Assembly: GCA_038245785.1 (NCBI GenBank) | Contig: JBBRSB010000016.1 | Location: forward strand, 32,609 to 96,608 | From: Gloeobacterales cyanobacterium | GTDB taxonomy: Bacteria > Cyanobacteriota > Cyanobacteriia > Gloeobacterales > PMM-0068 | Length of the DNA stretch: 64,000 nucleotides | Direction: 5' to 3' | Shown here: piece by piece, positions 38,210-48,642 of the stretch | Position numbering within the stretch: position 1 is the first letter of the stretch | How the letters are laid out: every line of letters starts with the position of its first letter | The notes under the pieces: generated by a model | The model's database searches: none | What the model was told of the DNA's origin: nothing | What the model saw: only the letters and a program-made list of their open reading frames with translations | Translations under genes and position numbers: made by a program

Positions 38210-38503
38210 ATGGAAAATACCAAAGCCTCTCAGAAAAGCGATATGCCACTCAATGAACTTCTACCCGCCGTTGATCGACTATCTCATCAGGACAAGCTTC
38301 GACTGATCCACTTTCTCCTTCTCGCAGTTGCTAAAGAAGAAGGATGCATTCTAGAGCCTTCTGAAGAAAGTGATTCGGAAAATATACTGCTAGCTCAGAT
38401 GGCGTTGACAGAAGCAGTAGTATGGTCTCCTCAAACAGATCATGTGGCAGTTCAAGCATTAGCAGATCTTTTGGTAGCTGCAAGGGAATCTGCTAATGCT
38501 TGA
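38210..38503 (+). CDS. Small hypothetical protein (candidate antitoxin partner)
   Basis: ELLP.V..LS..DKLRLI.FL; 8-nt overlap with the protease gene. Confidence 0.75.
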   Translation: MENTKASQKSDMPLNELLPAVDRLSHQDKLRLIHFLLLAVAKEEGCILEPSEESDSENILLAQMALTEAVVWSPQTDHVAVQALADLLVAARESANA

Positions 38504-38915
38504 TGGTCAGCGCTACTCGTTCACTGAGCGAACTGATGACCTTGGCCGATCAAGTATCATGCCATTTTTGCCATTGACCCTTACTAACGAAAGCCTTTCT
38601 GTACAAGTGATGGCATTGTTGGATACAGGTGCAAGTGTCAATGTTCTGCCTTACGAGATTGGCATAGAACTAGGGGCGGTCTGGGAAGATCAGACCCTTT
38701 CCATTCCATTGAGCGGGAACTTAGCTCATAGTGAGGCGCGGGGATTAATTCTGTCTGGTACAGTTACTCCGTTTTCGCCTGTTTTGCTTGTATTTGCCTG
38801 GACTCAATCGAAAGATGCGCCTGTAATTCTCGGACATATGAACTTTTTTGCAGAGTTTAACGTGTGTTTTTATCGGCATGAGTTAGCTTTTGAAGTTCGA
38901 CCAAGAGAACAATAA
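38496..38915 (+). CDS. Retropepsin-like aspartyl protease
   Basis: ALLDTGASVNVLP; PVILG..NFF..F.VCF. Confidence 0.85.
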   Translation: MLDGQRYSFTERTDDLGRSSIMPFLPLTLTNESLSVQVMALLDTGASVNVLPYEIGIELGAVWEDQTLSIPLSGNLAHSEARGLILSGTVTPFSPVLLVFAWTQSKDAPVILGHMNFFAEFNVCFYRHELAFEVRPREQ

Positions 38916-38936
38916 AGCGGTGTTGCACAGCCAGCA

Positions 38937-39019
38937 GTCTAACCAGCACATTGCAGCGGACGGAATCAAGATCCCAGTGCGTTACGAAAAATGCTAGCCG
39001 CTGAACGCAGACGTTGGAC
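38937..39019 (+). other. attC recombination site (83 bp)
   Basis: R'' GTCTAAC (38937), L'' TT[G]CAGCGG, L' CCGCTGAA, R' GTTGGAC (39013); one extrahelical base in the L box. Confidence 0.8.
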
Positions 39020-39238
39020 AAAGTAGATTCGATAGCCCGCTCCATAGTCAATTCTGAGTTCCATGACCCGTTCGCCAACAGGCTTAAAGTCTCCCAGATT
39101 GCCTAGCCTAACTCGATCAATTCGTTTCTTAATTCTAGCTCTCGCTTGTCTGTCTCGCAGAGCATCTAACCAACGTTTAAAGGGGCAGTCATCATCTTCC
39201 ACTAGGTATAAGACCACTTCCCGTGGCTGTGCCTCCAT
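39014..39238 (-). pseudogene. 5' fragment of a RelE-like addiction module killer gene
   Basis: PF..WL..LRD..ARARI..RI.R..LGNLGD.KPVG..V.ELRIDYG.GYRIYF; homology ends at the attC R' box. Confidence 0.88.
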
Positions 39239-39289
39239 AAGCCCCTAATCCCTTCTAAATAGGTATTTCTGATTTTGTCACGAGCCTTG

Positions 39290-40195
39290 TTACGCCAGAA
39301 ATACTCTTTCAGCCCAGCGCAAAAGATGCCCATTTACCACTTCCGGCACCTCATCCTGGGGGCAATGCCCGGCATTTGGGAGAGGAATGAATTCTTCGAC
39401 ACAGGGATAGGAAGCATAGGCCCGTCCCAGTTGGATCGGTTCCCAGGGGTCTTTTTCGCCCCACATAAACTGCACAGGACACTCTATCTTCGGCAGTAAG
39501 TCTTCGGCTAGCGGACCGGAGGCGTAGTTAATAAATGCTAGAAACACTTCTAAGGCTCCCTCCTCCGACGCAGGCTCTAAGAGCAGGTTTACCAATTCAT
39601 CGGTGACCGCTTCTGGCTGAGCATAAGCCTGTAGTAGAACATTGCGCAGCGCCCGAGGATTGCGCAGACGGTCAAAAAATAGGCGGCCTAAGGGTGTTTG
39701 AGAAAGCAATTGCTGAACCAGCGGGGTGCCTACCTGTTTGAGCCAAGACTGGGATTGACGCTTTTTTTCATGCAGTAAACGCAAAGAACAATTGAGGAGA
39801 CTCAAGCCACGGACTAAATCTGGGCGGTCTACCGCCGCTTGAAGACAAACAATACAGCCGATCGAATTGCCGACCCAAAGACTGGGAGTGCCAACAATCT
39901 GTTGTGTAAATTCTTCTAATTGGGCAGCCCAGGTATCAAAGGTATAGGAAACTTCTCGTGGTTTGGCCGAAGCACCAAAGCCTAACAAATCTATCGCCCA
40001 AACTTGATGCTGCTGAGATAGCTCAGCAAAGTTTTTCCGCCAGTGGATCGAGGAGGCACCAAAACCATGGACGAGGACTAAGGGAGTACCCTCGTTTCCG
40101 GCCTGACGGTACCCAATGCGATGACCCTTCCATAACCAAGTTTTGAGTGGAGGTAAGAGAGATGGGCGATCGATACCGACCGGGGAAGGTTGCAT
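39290..40195 (-). CDS. Alpha/beta fold hydrolase
   Basis: LVHGFGAS..HWR.N, DLLGFG.S, GNSIG, WG.KDPW, GHCPQDE. Confidence 0.93.
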   Translation of the reverse strand: MQPSPVGIDRPSLLPPLKTWLWKGHRIGYRQAGNEGTPLVLVHGFGASSIHWRKNFAELSQQHQVWAIDLLGFGASAKPREVSYTFDTWAAQLEEFTQQIVGTPSLWVGNSIGCIVCLQAAVDRPDLVRGLSLLNCSLRLLHEKKRQSQSWLKQVGTPLVQQLLSQTPLGRLFFDRLRNPRALRNVLLQAYAQPEAVTDELVNLLLEPASEEGALEVFLAFINYASGPLAEDLLPKIECPVQFMWGEKDPWEPIQLGRAYASYPCVEEFIPLPNAGHCPQDEVPEVVNGHLLRWAERVFLA

Positions 40196-40298
40196 AGCTT
40201 GCTTGATACGCTGTTTTCAAGGCTAACATCAGCCTCGGCTATCCATACACAAAAACCATGACCTTGCAGCCATGGTTGAGTTTTTGTTGGCTAATCCC

Positions 40299-40655
<357 letters not shown>

Positions 40656-40708
40656 CTAATACGTTAAAGACCGTGGCTAACCTATATCACCGGAATGTAC
40701 CAGATTTT

Positions 40709-40722
40709 GTCGCTAAAAGTAC
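40709..40722 (-). promoter_or_regulatory. Imperfect NtcA-like site upstream of glnB
   Basis: GTA-N8-GAC on the minus strand; TAN3T hexamer 24 nt downstream (canonical spacing is about 22). Confidence 0.3.
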
Positions 40723-40826
40723 GCTCATCCTCCGTTTTTTTTAAGACCCATTGGCTTCAATGAACACCACCTATAGCGTTGAAAACAAGCCTACGCTATA
40801 CTCGGGGCCAAATTGGGGATAATTTT

Positions 40827-41744
40827 ATGACCCGTCGTTTTCTCGCAACGTTACTGTTAACCGCCTACGCTTCTGGCTATTCTGCTGAAATAGTCTTAGC
40901 ACAAGACTATACATTCCAGCGTCCTGGAAGCTCAACACCCGCTCCCAGTCAAGCTCCTGCTAAGATACCCAGCGCTAATCCTAATCCGGTACCGCCCCTA
41001 GGTCCAGCTCCTAGCAGCATGCCTAGCCAAGCACCCAGTCAGGCATCCAATCCTACTCCTAGCCCTACGACTCCCCAAGTAGTACCCCCGCCGCCAAATC
41101 TTAATATTCCAACGGCGCAGCAACAATCACCTCTACCTCAGCAACCACAGCAGGCTCCCACGCAGCCTCAAGCTCCTATAGCGGCGGCAGAAGCAGGATA
41201 CTTGCCGATAGGTTCTACCCTTCCTGTGGCCGTGCCCGCAGAAACGGCTTTCAATCCTCTACAAACCATGCCCGTCACCCTTCAGGTTACGGAGAACGTT
41301 GTGGATCAGAATGGTCGGGTAGTAATTCCTCGGGGAAGCACGGTGGATGGAAACTTTGTACCTGTTTTCCGCAACACGGAAAGTCGGGACCGCTCCAGCT
41401 ATAAGACCAACCAACAACAGGTTATGGAAGGGAATCGTTTTGAGGCCAAGACTCTAACCATCGCAGGCCGCAGCTATAGCCTCATCGGGAAGACGCCCTA
41501 TGTGCCAACATCTACAGACTCCAAGCTGGTCGCAGATGACCCAGCGCTTAAAGGGGCTTCCTATGGTTTTGCTGGAGGTGTCGCCTTAGCAATTGTGACA
41601 GGAGGTTTAGCCCTACCGGCACTCTTAGCTGGCACAGGTACAGGAGCAGCCGTAGGCTACGCCCAACAACAACAAACTGTTGTGAAGCTGGTTCCGAGTA
41701 AGCCTTTAACCATGACCTTGGATAGTGCTCTGCAGACTTACTAG
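40827..41744 (+). CDS. Secreted Pro/Gln-rich protein with a C-terminal domain like that of 36575-37294
   Basis: LP.GSTL.V, GRVVIPRGSTV.G.F.P, glycine zipper, LTMTLD. Confidence 0.75.
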   Translation: MTRRFLATLLLTAYASGYSAEIVLAQDYTFQRPGSSTPAPSQAPAKIPSANPNPVPPLGPAPSSMPSQAPSQASNPTPSPTTPQVVPPPPNLNIPTAQQQSPLPQQPQQAPTQPQAPIAAAEAGYLPIGSTLPVAVPAETAFNPLQTMPVTLQVTENVVDQNGRVVIPRGSTVDGNFVPVFRNTESRDRSSYKTNQQQVMEGNRFEAKTLTIAGRSYSLIGKTPYVPTSTDSKLVADDPALKGASYGFAGGVALAIVTGGLALPALLAGTGTGAAVGYAQQQQTVVKLVPSKPLTMTLDSALQTY

Positions 41745-41760
41745 GGTGGTGGAGGTTTCC

Positions 41761-42705
41761 TTAACGACGGTTAGGGCGGCCACTGCCCCAATGCAATTTC
41801 TCTCTCAAGGTCGCGAAGTAGGAGTAATCCTTCTCAAGGATCAGAAACTGAGCTGGTTTTGGAGCTTGTTCTATCGAGACCCATTCGTCGTTCTCTATTG
41901 GGGCGGCCAAAATACCATCAGCCCACAGCTTTACCTCGTGGTCATGGCTGTTACAAACGCGCACTTCAATGTGGTGACTAGCTGGAAGTACGATCGGTCT
42001 GCTCGATAGAGAAAGTGGACAAATCGGCGTAATGGCGACAGCGCCGAGATCAGGAGAGAGAATCGGACCATTGGCAGAAAGGGTATAGGAAGTCGATCCT
42101 GTCGGGGTGCTGATAATAATGCCATCCCCGTAGTACTGGTCAACCACTTCTCCATCGATGGACAACTCCAAAACCACCGTGGGTAAACGGTCCTCAATGG
42201 AGGGTTTCAAGATCATCTCATTAAGACAATGAAAGGGCCCTGCTGTTTCCGTTGCTTTGTGGGTTCCCTTCAAGCAGCTGGCCCGGAGCATACTCCGCTC
42301 GTACAGGTAATAGTCACCTTCCTGCAAGCGTTGAATTAATGCTCCCAGATCTCCCTTCTTTCCCCGATACAGTACCTCAGAGGGCTGGGTCAGAAAACCT
42401 AAATTGCCTCCGATGTTAACAGCGAGGATGGGGACGCCTAGAGGGGATAGATGACGGGCAGCCGCTAAGGTAGACCCATCTCCACCCAGGACTATCGCCA
42501 AATCGATGGACTCTGCACCAAACTCTTCTTGAAATCGCGGATAAGGGTTAATGCCTGGACCGCTGGGACTGCAAAGCACCTGGCAACCCAGTTTTTCCAA
42601 TGCCTTTACCAGCTTGTGAGCGGCCTCTTCACTAGAGGTCTCAGCTTCTTTGTAAGCAACGGTGACCCGCTGGAGGTTCAAGTAACCACATTGCACTTTG
42701 GCCAT
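41761..42705 (-). CDS. nadK: NAD kinase
   Basis: LGGDGS.L, G.LGFL, LNE, GDG...STPTGST.Y.LSANGP; start uncertain. Confidence 0.95.
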   Translation of the reverse strand: MAKVQCGYLNLQRVTVAYKEAETSSEEAAHKLVKALEKLGCQVLCSPSGPGINPYPRFQEEFGAESIDLAIVLGGDGSTLAAARHLSPLGVPILAVNIGGNLGFLTQPSEVLYRGKKGDLGALIQRLQEGDYYLYERSMLRASCLKGTHKATETAGPFHCLNEMILKPSIEDRLPTVVLELSIDGEVVDQYYGDGIIISTPTGSTSYTLSANGPILSPDLGAVAITPICPLSLSSRPIVLPASHHIEVRVCNSHDHEVKLWADGILAAPIENDEWVSIEQAPKPAQFLILEKDYSYFATLREKLHWGSGRPNRR

Positions 42706-42963
42706 AGCTAGAGAACTCGGCAGAGGGCAGGTTCCTCCTTCCGTTAGCTCGTCTGTCAACACGTGCAGTTCACGATCCGTATCCAAAGGGCCTCCCTGCT
42801 TTACAAATGCTATTTCTATTGTGAGTACAGCATAGATGTGAAAAGGCTTACCAAAATCAACTGAGTTATTTAATTGTAAAGAAATATTTCTAAGCTGACG
42901 CTTTAGCGTCACGGAGTATATTCTGGTTACAACATACGGTAAACAGTAAGGCGCACTCAAGGT

Positions 42964-43278
42964 ATGGCAGATAATCACGAAAGCAAGCAAAAAGTTACTC
43001 TGTATCTCCCTCCGGAGCTGCATAGAAAACTAAAGATCCGCTCTGCAGTGGATGACCAGCCGATGTCTGCTTTGGCCGAGGAAGCTTTGTTGTTTTACTT
43101 AGCGCATCCTGATGTCGTAGACGGGAAATTGGGGCAAGCCAATCAGGTTTACGCCTGTCCTCAATGCGATACTGCTTTAATCTTGCGAGACCAGGAGCTT
43201 CGTACCTTGCCGCGCTCCATGCAGGTAAAGGAAGGAGTTCTGGAACCAGAGCAGGAAGAGCAGCTAGTAACCTGTTAA
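42964..43278 (+). CDS. Ribbon-helix-helix-like protein with CxxC motif
   Basis: KQKVTLYL.PELHRKLKIRSA...MS..AE.A; CPQC; terminal LVTC. Confidence 0.8.
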   Translation: MADNHESKQKVTLYLPPELHRKLKIRSAVDDQPMSALAEEALLFYLAHPDVVDGKLGQANQVYACPQCDTALILRDQELRTLPRSMQVKEGVLEPEQEEQLVTC

Positions 43279-43328
43279 ACGTGTTAGTCGATACGCAGCA
43301 TCCTTTGTTAGTTCCTTAGTCCTTATGG

Positions 43329-44846
43329 GTGATTGGTGATATGCACGAACTTGAAGTTCTGATACAAGCACAATATCCTCTGGTCTATCTTGTTTCTTTT
43401 GAAGAGGAACGAGCAGAGGAGATTCTCGCTAGCATCGCGCAGAAGTCCAATCGGCGACTTTTTATCTGGACCATTACCCACGGAATTGTGGAGTATGGTA
43501 AACCTCGTACGCTAACTCAGCACAACACCGTATCCCCTCAGGCGGCTATTGAGTGGGCTGTGCGTCAGAAAGAGGCTGCAATCCTTATCTTCAAGGACTT
43601 ACACGCCTTTATCGAAAATCCTGAGGTTACTCGCTGGCTGCGAGACGCAGTCGCTGGATTCAAGACGCTTCAGAAGACCTTAGTTCTGATGTCTCCTGTT
43701 CAAACCATTCCCGTTGAGCTCGAGAAAGATGTAGTGGTGGTGGAATATCCGCTACCCAACATGCAGCAGATTGATGAGGTGCTCGACGTTCATCTCAAGA
43801 AAAATGGTCGCGGTCGTCGGTTGACGACAGAGAATCGAGAAAAGCTCCTAAAAGCAGCCCTGGGCTTGACCCGTGATGAAGCCGATAAGGTGTACCGCAA
43901 AGCGGAAGTCATGTCTGGCCAGCTTACAGAAGATGAAGTCAATATTGTTCTTTCTGAGAAAAAGCAGATTATTCGGCGCAACGGCATCCTGGAGTATCTA
44001 GAAGTAGAGGATACCCTGGAGTCCGTAGGCGGTTTGGAAGAGTTAAAGCGCTGGTTAACTCAAAGAGCCGATGCTTTTACAGAGCGAGCTAGACAGTATG
44101 GCCTTCCTCAACCTAAGGGAATGCTTATTCTGGGAGTTCCTGGCTGCGGTAAATCGCTGATTGCCAAGACAACGGCCCGTCTTTGGGGATTACCGCTCCT
44201 GCGTTTGGATATCGGTCGGGTCTATGACGGTTCGATGGTAGGTCGTTCTGAAGCCAATTTGCGCAATGCCCTAAGGGTTGCCGAGTCAGTTTCTCCCGCC
44301 GTTCTATTCATTGATGAGGTGGATAAAGCCTTCGCCGGAGCTGGTGGTTCAGCTGACTCCGATGGCGGTACCTCTTCCAGAATTTTTGGTAGCTTCCTGA
44401 CCTGGATGCAGGAAAAGGCTTCCCCTGTATTCGTCATTGCTACGGCAAACGGCATTGACCGTTTACCTTCCGAATTTCTGCGCAAGGGGCGCTTCGACGA
44501 AATCTTCTTTGTCGATCTTCCTAACTACGAGGAGCGCAGGGAGATCTTCCGGATTCACCTTTCCAAGCGTCGCAAAGATATTGCCCGCTTTGATATGGAC
44601 CAGTTTATTTCAACTTGCGATGGATTCTCTGGTGCAGAAATCGAACAGGGAATTGTTGCAGCTATGTATGAAGCATTCGCCCAGAGCCGTGAGTTCACTC
44701 AACTTGATGTACTTGCTGCTCTGAAGTCTACTCAGCCTCTTTCGCGGACCCATCACGAACAGGTGAACAGCCTGCGGGAATGGGCTCGGCAAAGAGCTCG
44801 GCCCGCCGCTTCTACGGTAGCGGAATACCAACGCATGGAGTTCTAA
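43329..44846 (+). CDS. ycf46: Ycf46 family AAA+ ATPase
   Basis: GVPGCGKS, IDEVDK, GRSEANLR, RKGRFDEIFF; degenerate N-terminal AAA domain. Confidence 0.92.
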   Translation: MIGDMHELEVLIQAQYPLVYLVSFEEERAEEILASIAQKSNRRLFIWTITHGIVEYGKPRTLTQHNTVSPQAAIEWAVRQKEAAILIFKDLHAFIENPEVTRWLRDAVAGFKTLQKTLVLMSPVQTIPVELEKDVVVVEYPLPNMQQIDEVLDVHLKKNGRGRRLTTENREKLLKAALGLTRDEADKVYRKAEVMSGQLTEDEVNIVLSEKKQIIRRNGILEYLEVEDTLESVGGLEELKRWLTQRADAFTERARQYGLPQPKGMLILGVPGCGKSLIAKTTARLWGLPLLRLDIGRVYDGSMVGRSEANLRNALRVAESVSPAVLFIDEVDKAFAGAGGSADSDGGTSSRIFGSFLTWMQEKASPVFVIATANGIDRLPSEFLRKGRFDEIFFVDLPNYEERREIFRIHLSKRRKDIARFDMDQFISTCDGFSGAEIEQGIVAAMYEAFAQSREFTQLDVLAALKSTQPLSRTHHEQVNSLREWARQRARPAASTVAEYQRMEF

Positions 44847-44988
44847 CCATGACTTACCCCATTGTTAACCCGGAGGAGGTGGTTCCGCAATGCTGAGGTT
44901 GCTTCATCCGCAGCCCTGGTCATTCTACAATCTCTGGGAATTTTAACCAAAACCAAGACTATCTTTGTATTCTTCAGGAGGAAGTTCC

Positions 44989-45360
44989 ATGTCTCATTTC
45001 AGCACACTCCGTACCAAGATCACAGATGCCGAAATCCTTAAGTCATCTCTGCGTGACATTGGAGTCAGCGTCAAGACCCAAGCTGATGTTCGTGGTTACA
45101 ATGGCCAGCGCGTCCGTGCTGACATCGTAGCTGTTCTTGAGGGCGAGTATGACCTCGGTTGGTCTCGTAACCCTGATGGTTCCTTTGATCTGATTGCAGA
45201 TCTTTGGGGCGTTGCTAAAAAGCACAACCAGACCGAGTTGATCAACTCAATCAATCAGCGCTATGCAGTTACCAAGACCCTCGCTGAAGTAAAGCGTACC
45301 GGTCATACCGTAGTTGCTCAGTCTGTTGGTAGCGATGGGCGTGTCACGGTTCAAAAATAG
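44989..45360 (+). CDS. ycf35: Ycf35 / DUF1257 family protein
   Basis: MSHFSTLRTKITD...VRGY.GQ...G.FDL.ADLW...QRYA; GGAGG RBS. Confidence 0.9.
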   Translation: MSHFSTLRTKITDAEILKSSLRDIGVSVKTQADVRGYNGQRVRADIVAVLEGEYDLGWSRNPDGSFDLIADLWGVAKKHNQTELINSINQRYAVTKTLAEVKRTGHTVVAQSVGSDGRVTVQK

Positions 45361-45420
45361 GCACAGGAAATGTTCTCAGGCACGCAACGCGTGTTCTTAA
45401 ATGCATTTCCCCTAGGCTGC

Positions 45421-45453
45421 AAAAAGTGGGTTACTGATGTAACCCACTTTTTT
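45421..45453. terminator. Bidirectional intrinsic terminator
   Basis: aaaaagtgggttac-tgat-gtaacccacttttt. Confidence 0.85.
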
Positions 45454-45480
45454 TGTGCTCCAATAATTAGATTCGGAACT

Positions 45481-45858
45481 TTAGCGAGCGATAAGTTTGC
45501 CATGTAGCATGTTCATCCCACAGGTAAATTCATATTCTCCGGCTTCTTTTGGAGTTACATCGATAGTCACTGTTTGATCCTGCGGGAGGTGTGTGCGAAT
45601 ACCGAAGTCGGGAAAGATAATCTCTTCACTGCAAGCAGAGGACTCCCGACGGGTAAAGCGCAGATGTACTAGCTGTGCAGCCTTCACAACTATTTCAGCA
45701 GGACGATATCCCCCTTGAACGGTAATATCGATTTCCTGGACCCCTCCGGCTGATGCTTCAGCACTGACGCTTTCGTTTTTCCAAAGCCAGAAATACCAAA
45801 TGATCCAACCGATTAATCCGAAGCCGACCATACTGACTAGGATTTGTGACGTATTCAT
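45481..45858 (-). CDS. Cupredoxin domain protein (CupA-like)
   Basis: TM anchor; GGY.P..I.V, C.EEI.FPDFGI, F.CGMNM..G. Confidence 0.9.
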   Translation of the reverse strand: MNTSQILVSMVGFGLIGWIIWYFWLWKNESVSAEASAGGVQEIDITVQGGYRPAEIVVKAAQLVHLRFTRRESSACSEEIIFPDFGIRTHLPQDQTVTIDVTPKEAGEYEFTCGMNMLHGKLIAR

Positions 45859-45860
45859 GT

Positions 45861-48167
45861 TTAAATCTCCTGAAATTGCTTTGGAGCAAAGAAACGCAAT
45901 CGATTGGCATTGCTTACTACAGTGATGCTCGATAGGGCCATGGCAGCCCCAGCGATGATCGGGGAGAGCAGTATGCCTAGGAACGGATAGAGTACCCCAG
46001 CCGCAATTGGGATGCCTAAAACGTTGTAAATAAATGCACCAAACAAGTTTTGCTTAATGTTATCCAGGGTTGCCTTGGATACTTGAATGGCATAGATAAC
46101 AGAGCGTAAGTTTCCCCCGACTAAAGTGACGTCCGAAGCCTCAATTGCTACGTCAGTTCCAGTTCCAATGGCAAAGCCAACGTCTGCCTGGGCTAAGGCA
46201 GGAGCATCGTTAATACCATCACCAACCATGCCAACTAGCTTTGGAGAACTATCTGCCAGCTTTTCACTTTGTAGCTGTTGAATGTAGCGTGCTTTATCTT
46301 CAGGAAGTACCCCTGCAAATACACGCTCAATGCCCACCTGTTTGGCAATTGCTGAAGCAGTGCGTTCATTATCACCAGTCATCATCACGACTTCAATACC
46401 CATTTGCTGAAAGGCATGAATCGCTTTTTGGGAATCTTCTTTAACCGTATCGGCAACGGCAATGATGCCAGCAGCTTGACCGTCGATAGCAACGAACATG
46501 GGCGTCTTGCCTTCGTCGGCAAGGCGGGTAGCGTCCGCTTGAAATTTATCCAGGCTGATGTTGTTACGCTCCATCAATTTGGCATTGCCCACCAACACAG
46601 ACTGTGTACCTACGCTTGCGCTGACCCCCTGCCCAGGAATTGCTTCAAAAGCCTCGGGATCGTCAACAGCTAATTGCTTGTCCTTAGCACCCTGGACAAT
46701 GGCAGTAGCCAGAGGGTGCTCACTGCGCTTGTCCGCTATAGCAGCTAGGCTTAAGATCTGCTCTGAAGTAAACCCTGAAAGTGGGAACACATCTGTGAGT
46801 TCAGGCTTTCCCTTTGTAATCGTGCCCGTCTTGTCGAGCACAATTGTGGTGAGCTTCGAAGCTGTTTCTAGGGCTTCGGCATTGCGGATCAGTACTCCAT
46901 GCTCAGCAGCCTTACCGATGCCGACAATCAGGCTCATAGGTGTAGCCAGACCCAAGGCGCAGGGACAGGCGATCACTAAGACCGTCACCATGGTGATCAC
47001 CGCTAAGTTGAGCGCTGGACCAAAGTTATACCAGCCCATAAAAGTAAGAATGGCAATGATCATTACTGTTGGCACAAAGTAACCAGCAATGACATCTACT
47101 AAGCGAGCAATCGGCGCTTTAGAATTCTGAGCTTGCTGGACCATGCGTACAATCTGTGCCAGGGCAGTATCCTTACCAACTTTGGTAACGCGGAAAGTGA
47201 AAGCGCCTGTCTTGTTAAGGCTTGCCCCAATTACCCGGTCGCCTGCTTGCTTATCGATGGGCACCGATTCACCTGTGACAACAGACTCATCGAGGGCAGA
47301 TTGCCCATCTAGAATCAGGCCATCCACCGGTACTTTTTCACCAGGGCGCACCAGAACAGTGTCACCAACAATTACTTCTTCGATGGGAAGGTCCAGTTCT
47401 TGACCATCTCGGATGACGTGGGCTGTTTTCGCTTGAAGCTCTAGAAGTTTCCGCACAGCTGCATTCGATTGGCTCCGTGCCCGTGATTCAAGAGCTTGCC
47501 CCAAGAGGATTAGAGCAATAACGATTACCGCTACGTCAAAGAACATTCCCCGGCTATTTTCTGGAAACCATCCTGGGACAACGGCCACTACTGTTGAGTA
47601 GAACCAAGCTGAGCCCGTGCCAAGGGCGACTAGGGTATCCATGTTGGCATTGTGATTGCGGAAACTATTCCAGGCACCTTCAAAAAACTGTTTGCCAGAA
47701 TAAGTCAGGACAGGCAGAGTGATCAGCGCTGAAACGATGCCAATAGCAGAATGCCACTGCATTTTCCATTCATAGAGGGCTGGAACGTAGTCTGGGACCA
47801 TTAGGGCGAGGATCGGTACTGCAACAGCAACAGCAAACCAGAACTTATTCATGGTGGTTTGGTAGGCTACTTCCTCGGCATCTACCTTTGGTTCAACATC
47901 AGTTTTTGATTCGGAAACTGCAGCAGGCTTAAATGGATTCTGAGCATGCTCATGGTCTTCTGGGACTGAACTGTTGGAGGCAGGATAACCTATTTGGGTA
48001 AGCGCTTCTCGAACAAGAGTTTCATTTTTTTCAGTTTCGATAGTGACCAGCTTGCTCGCTGGATCGGCGACAACTTTTGCTTGCGGGTCCAAAGCTTCGA
48101 TGGCTTTAGTAATCGTACCTACGCAGCTGCCGCAGGATATATTTGGGACTATTAGTTCTAACTTCAT
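45861..48167 (-). CDS. copA: Cu(I)-translocating P1B-1 ATPase
   Basis: N-terminal SCGSC HMA domain, [28 protein letters not shown]...P, MALSS. Confidence 0.95.
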   Translation of the reverse strand: MKLELIVPNISCGSCVGTITKAIEALDPQAKVVADPASKLVTIETEKNETLVREALTQIGYPASNSSVPEDHEHAQNPFKPAAVSESKTDVEPKVDAEEVAYQTTMNKFWFAVAVAVPILALMVPDYVPALYEWKMQWHSAIGIVSALITLPVLTYSGKQFFEGAWNSFRNHNANMDTLVALGTGSAWFYSTVVAVVPGWFPENSRGMFFDVAVIVIALILLGQALESRARSQSNAAVRKLLELQAKTAHVIRDGQELDLPIEEVIVGDTVLVRPGEKVPVDGLILDGQSALDESVVTGESVPIDKQAGDRVIGASLNKTGAFTFRVTKVGKDTALAQIVRMVQQAQNSKAPIARLVDVIAGYFVPTVMIIAILTFMGWYNFGPALNLAVITMVTVLVIACPCALGLATPMSLIVGIGKAAEHGVLIRNAEALETASKLTTIVLDKTGTITKGKPELTDVFPLSGFTSEQILSLAAIADKRSEHPLATAIVQGAKDKQLAVDDPEAFEAIPGQGVSASVGTQSVLVGNAKLMERNNISLDKFQADATRLADEGKTPMFVAIDGQAAGIIAVADTVKEDSQKAIHAFQQMGIEVVMMTGDNERTASAIAKQVGIERVFAGVLPEDKARYIQQLQSEKLADSSPKLVGMVGDGINDAPALAQADVGFAIGTGTDVAIEASDVTLVGGNLRSVIYAIQVSKATLDNIKQNLFGAFIYNVLGIPIAAGVLYPFLGILLSPIIAGAAMALSSITVVSNANRLRFFAPKQFQEI

Positions 48168-48258
48168 GGCTATTCTCAACAAGTAGGGGGACAGTATTCT
48201 AAAACTACTTAAAGCTCTGATATTTACTTATTTTTAAGAGGTCTCACGGGCGTGCTTA

Positions 48259-48288
48259 GTGCCGAAGTAGCATCCACTGCTTCGGCAC
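48259..48288. terminator. Stem-loop downstream of the Csp-like gene
   Basis: gtgccgaagtag...ctgcttcggcac. Confidence 0.5.
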
Positions 48289-48309
48289 CAGTTGTTTATT
48301 ACGCGTCAT

Positions 48310-48642
48310 TTATGCAACTCCGCCTACCGTCGCAATTTTACGATAGCTATCCGCTGCGCTCCGGCAAGCAACAGCGCACTTACGACAGTGCTCAGAATCA
48401 TGCTTTTCACACTCAGTAGCACAAGCTTCACAAATTTGAATACAGGTATTCACGAGCTGGGCAATAAATCGAGAACCGCGACTCATAAAAGCTGAAGCAG
48501 TCCAGCAAATGTCGGCACAGTCTCGACAGATTCGCGCGCACTCTGCCATCATTTCATCACCTATACAAGAATCAGCACAATGTTCACATTCGTAAGCACA
48601 GTGCACTGCTACATCAACACTTGACTGAGAAACATGGTGCAT
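48310..48642 (-). CDS. Four-helix-bundle Cys-rich copper storage protein (Csp3/DUF326-like)
   Basis: Repeated CxxxCxxCxxxC; no signal peptide. Confidence 0.9.
   Translation of the reverse strand: MHHVSQSSVDVAVHCAYECEHCADSCIGDEMMAECARICRDCADICWTASAFMSRGSRFIAQLVNTCIQICEACATECEKHDSEHCRKCAVACRSAADSYRKIATVGGVA

Larger units (their letters stand above)
38051..39013 (+). mobile_element. Integron-type gene cassette inserted in the toxin gene
   Basis: Starts at G/TTAGAC (38050), ends in an attC; toxin halves lie on either side. Confidence 0.7.

Noticed and set aside
42706..43023. Long N-terminal extension of NAD kinase
   Set aside because: Overlaps the divergent RHH gene and its promoter; homology begins near 42681-42705
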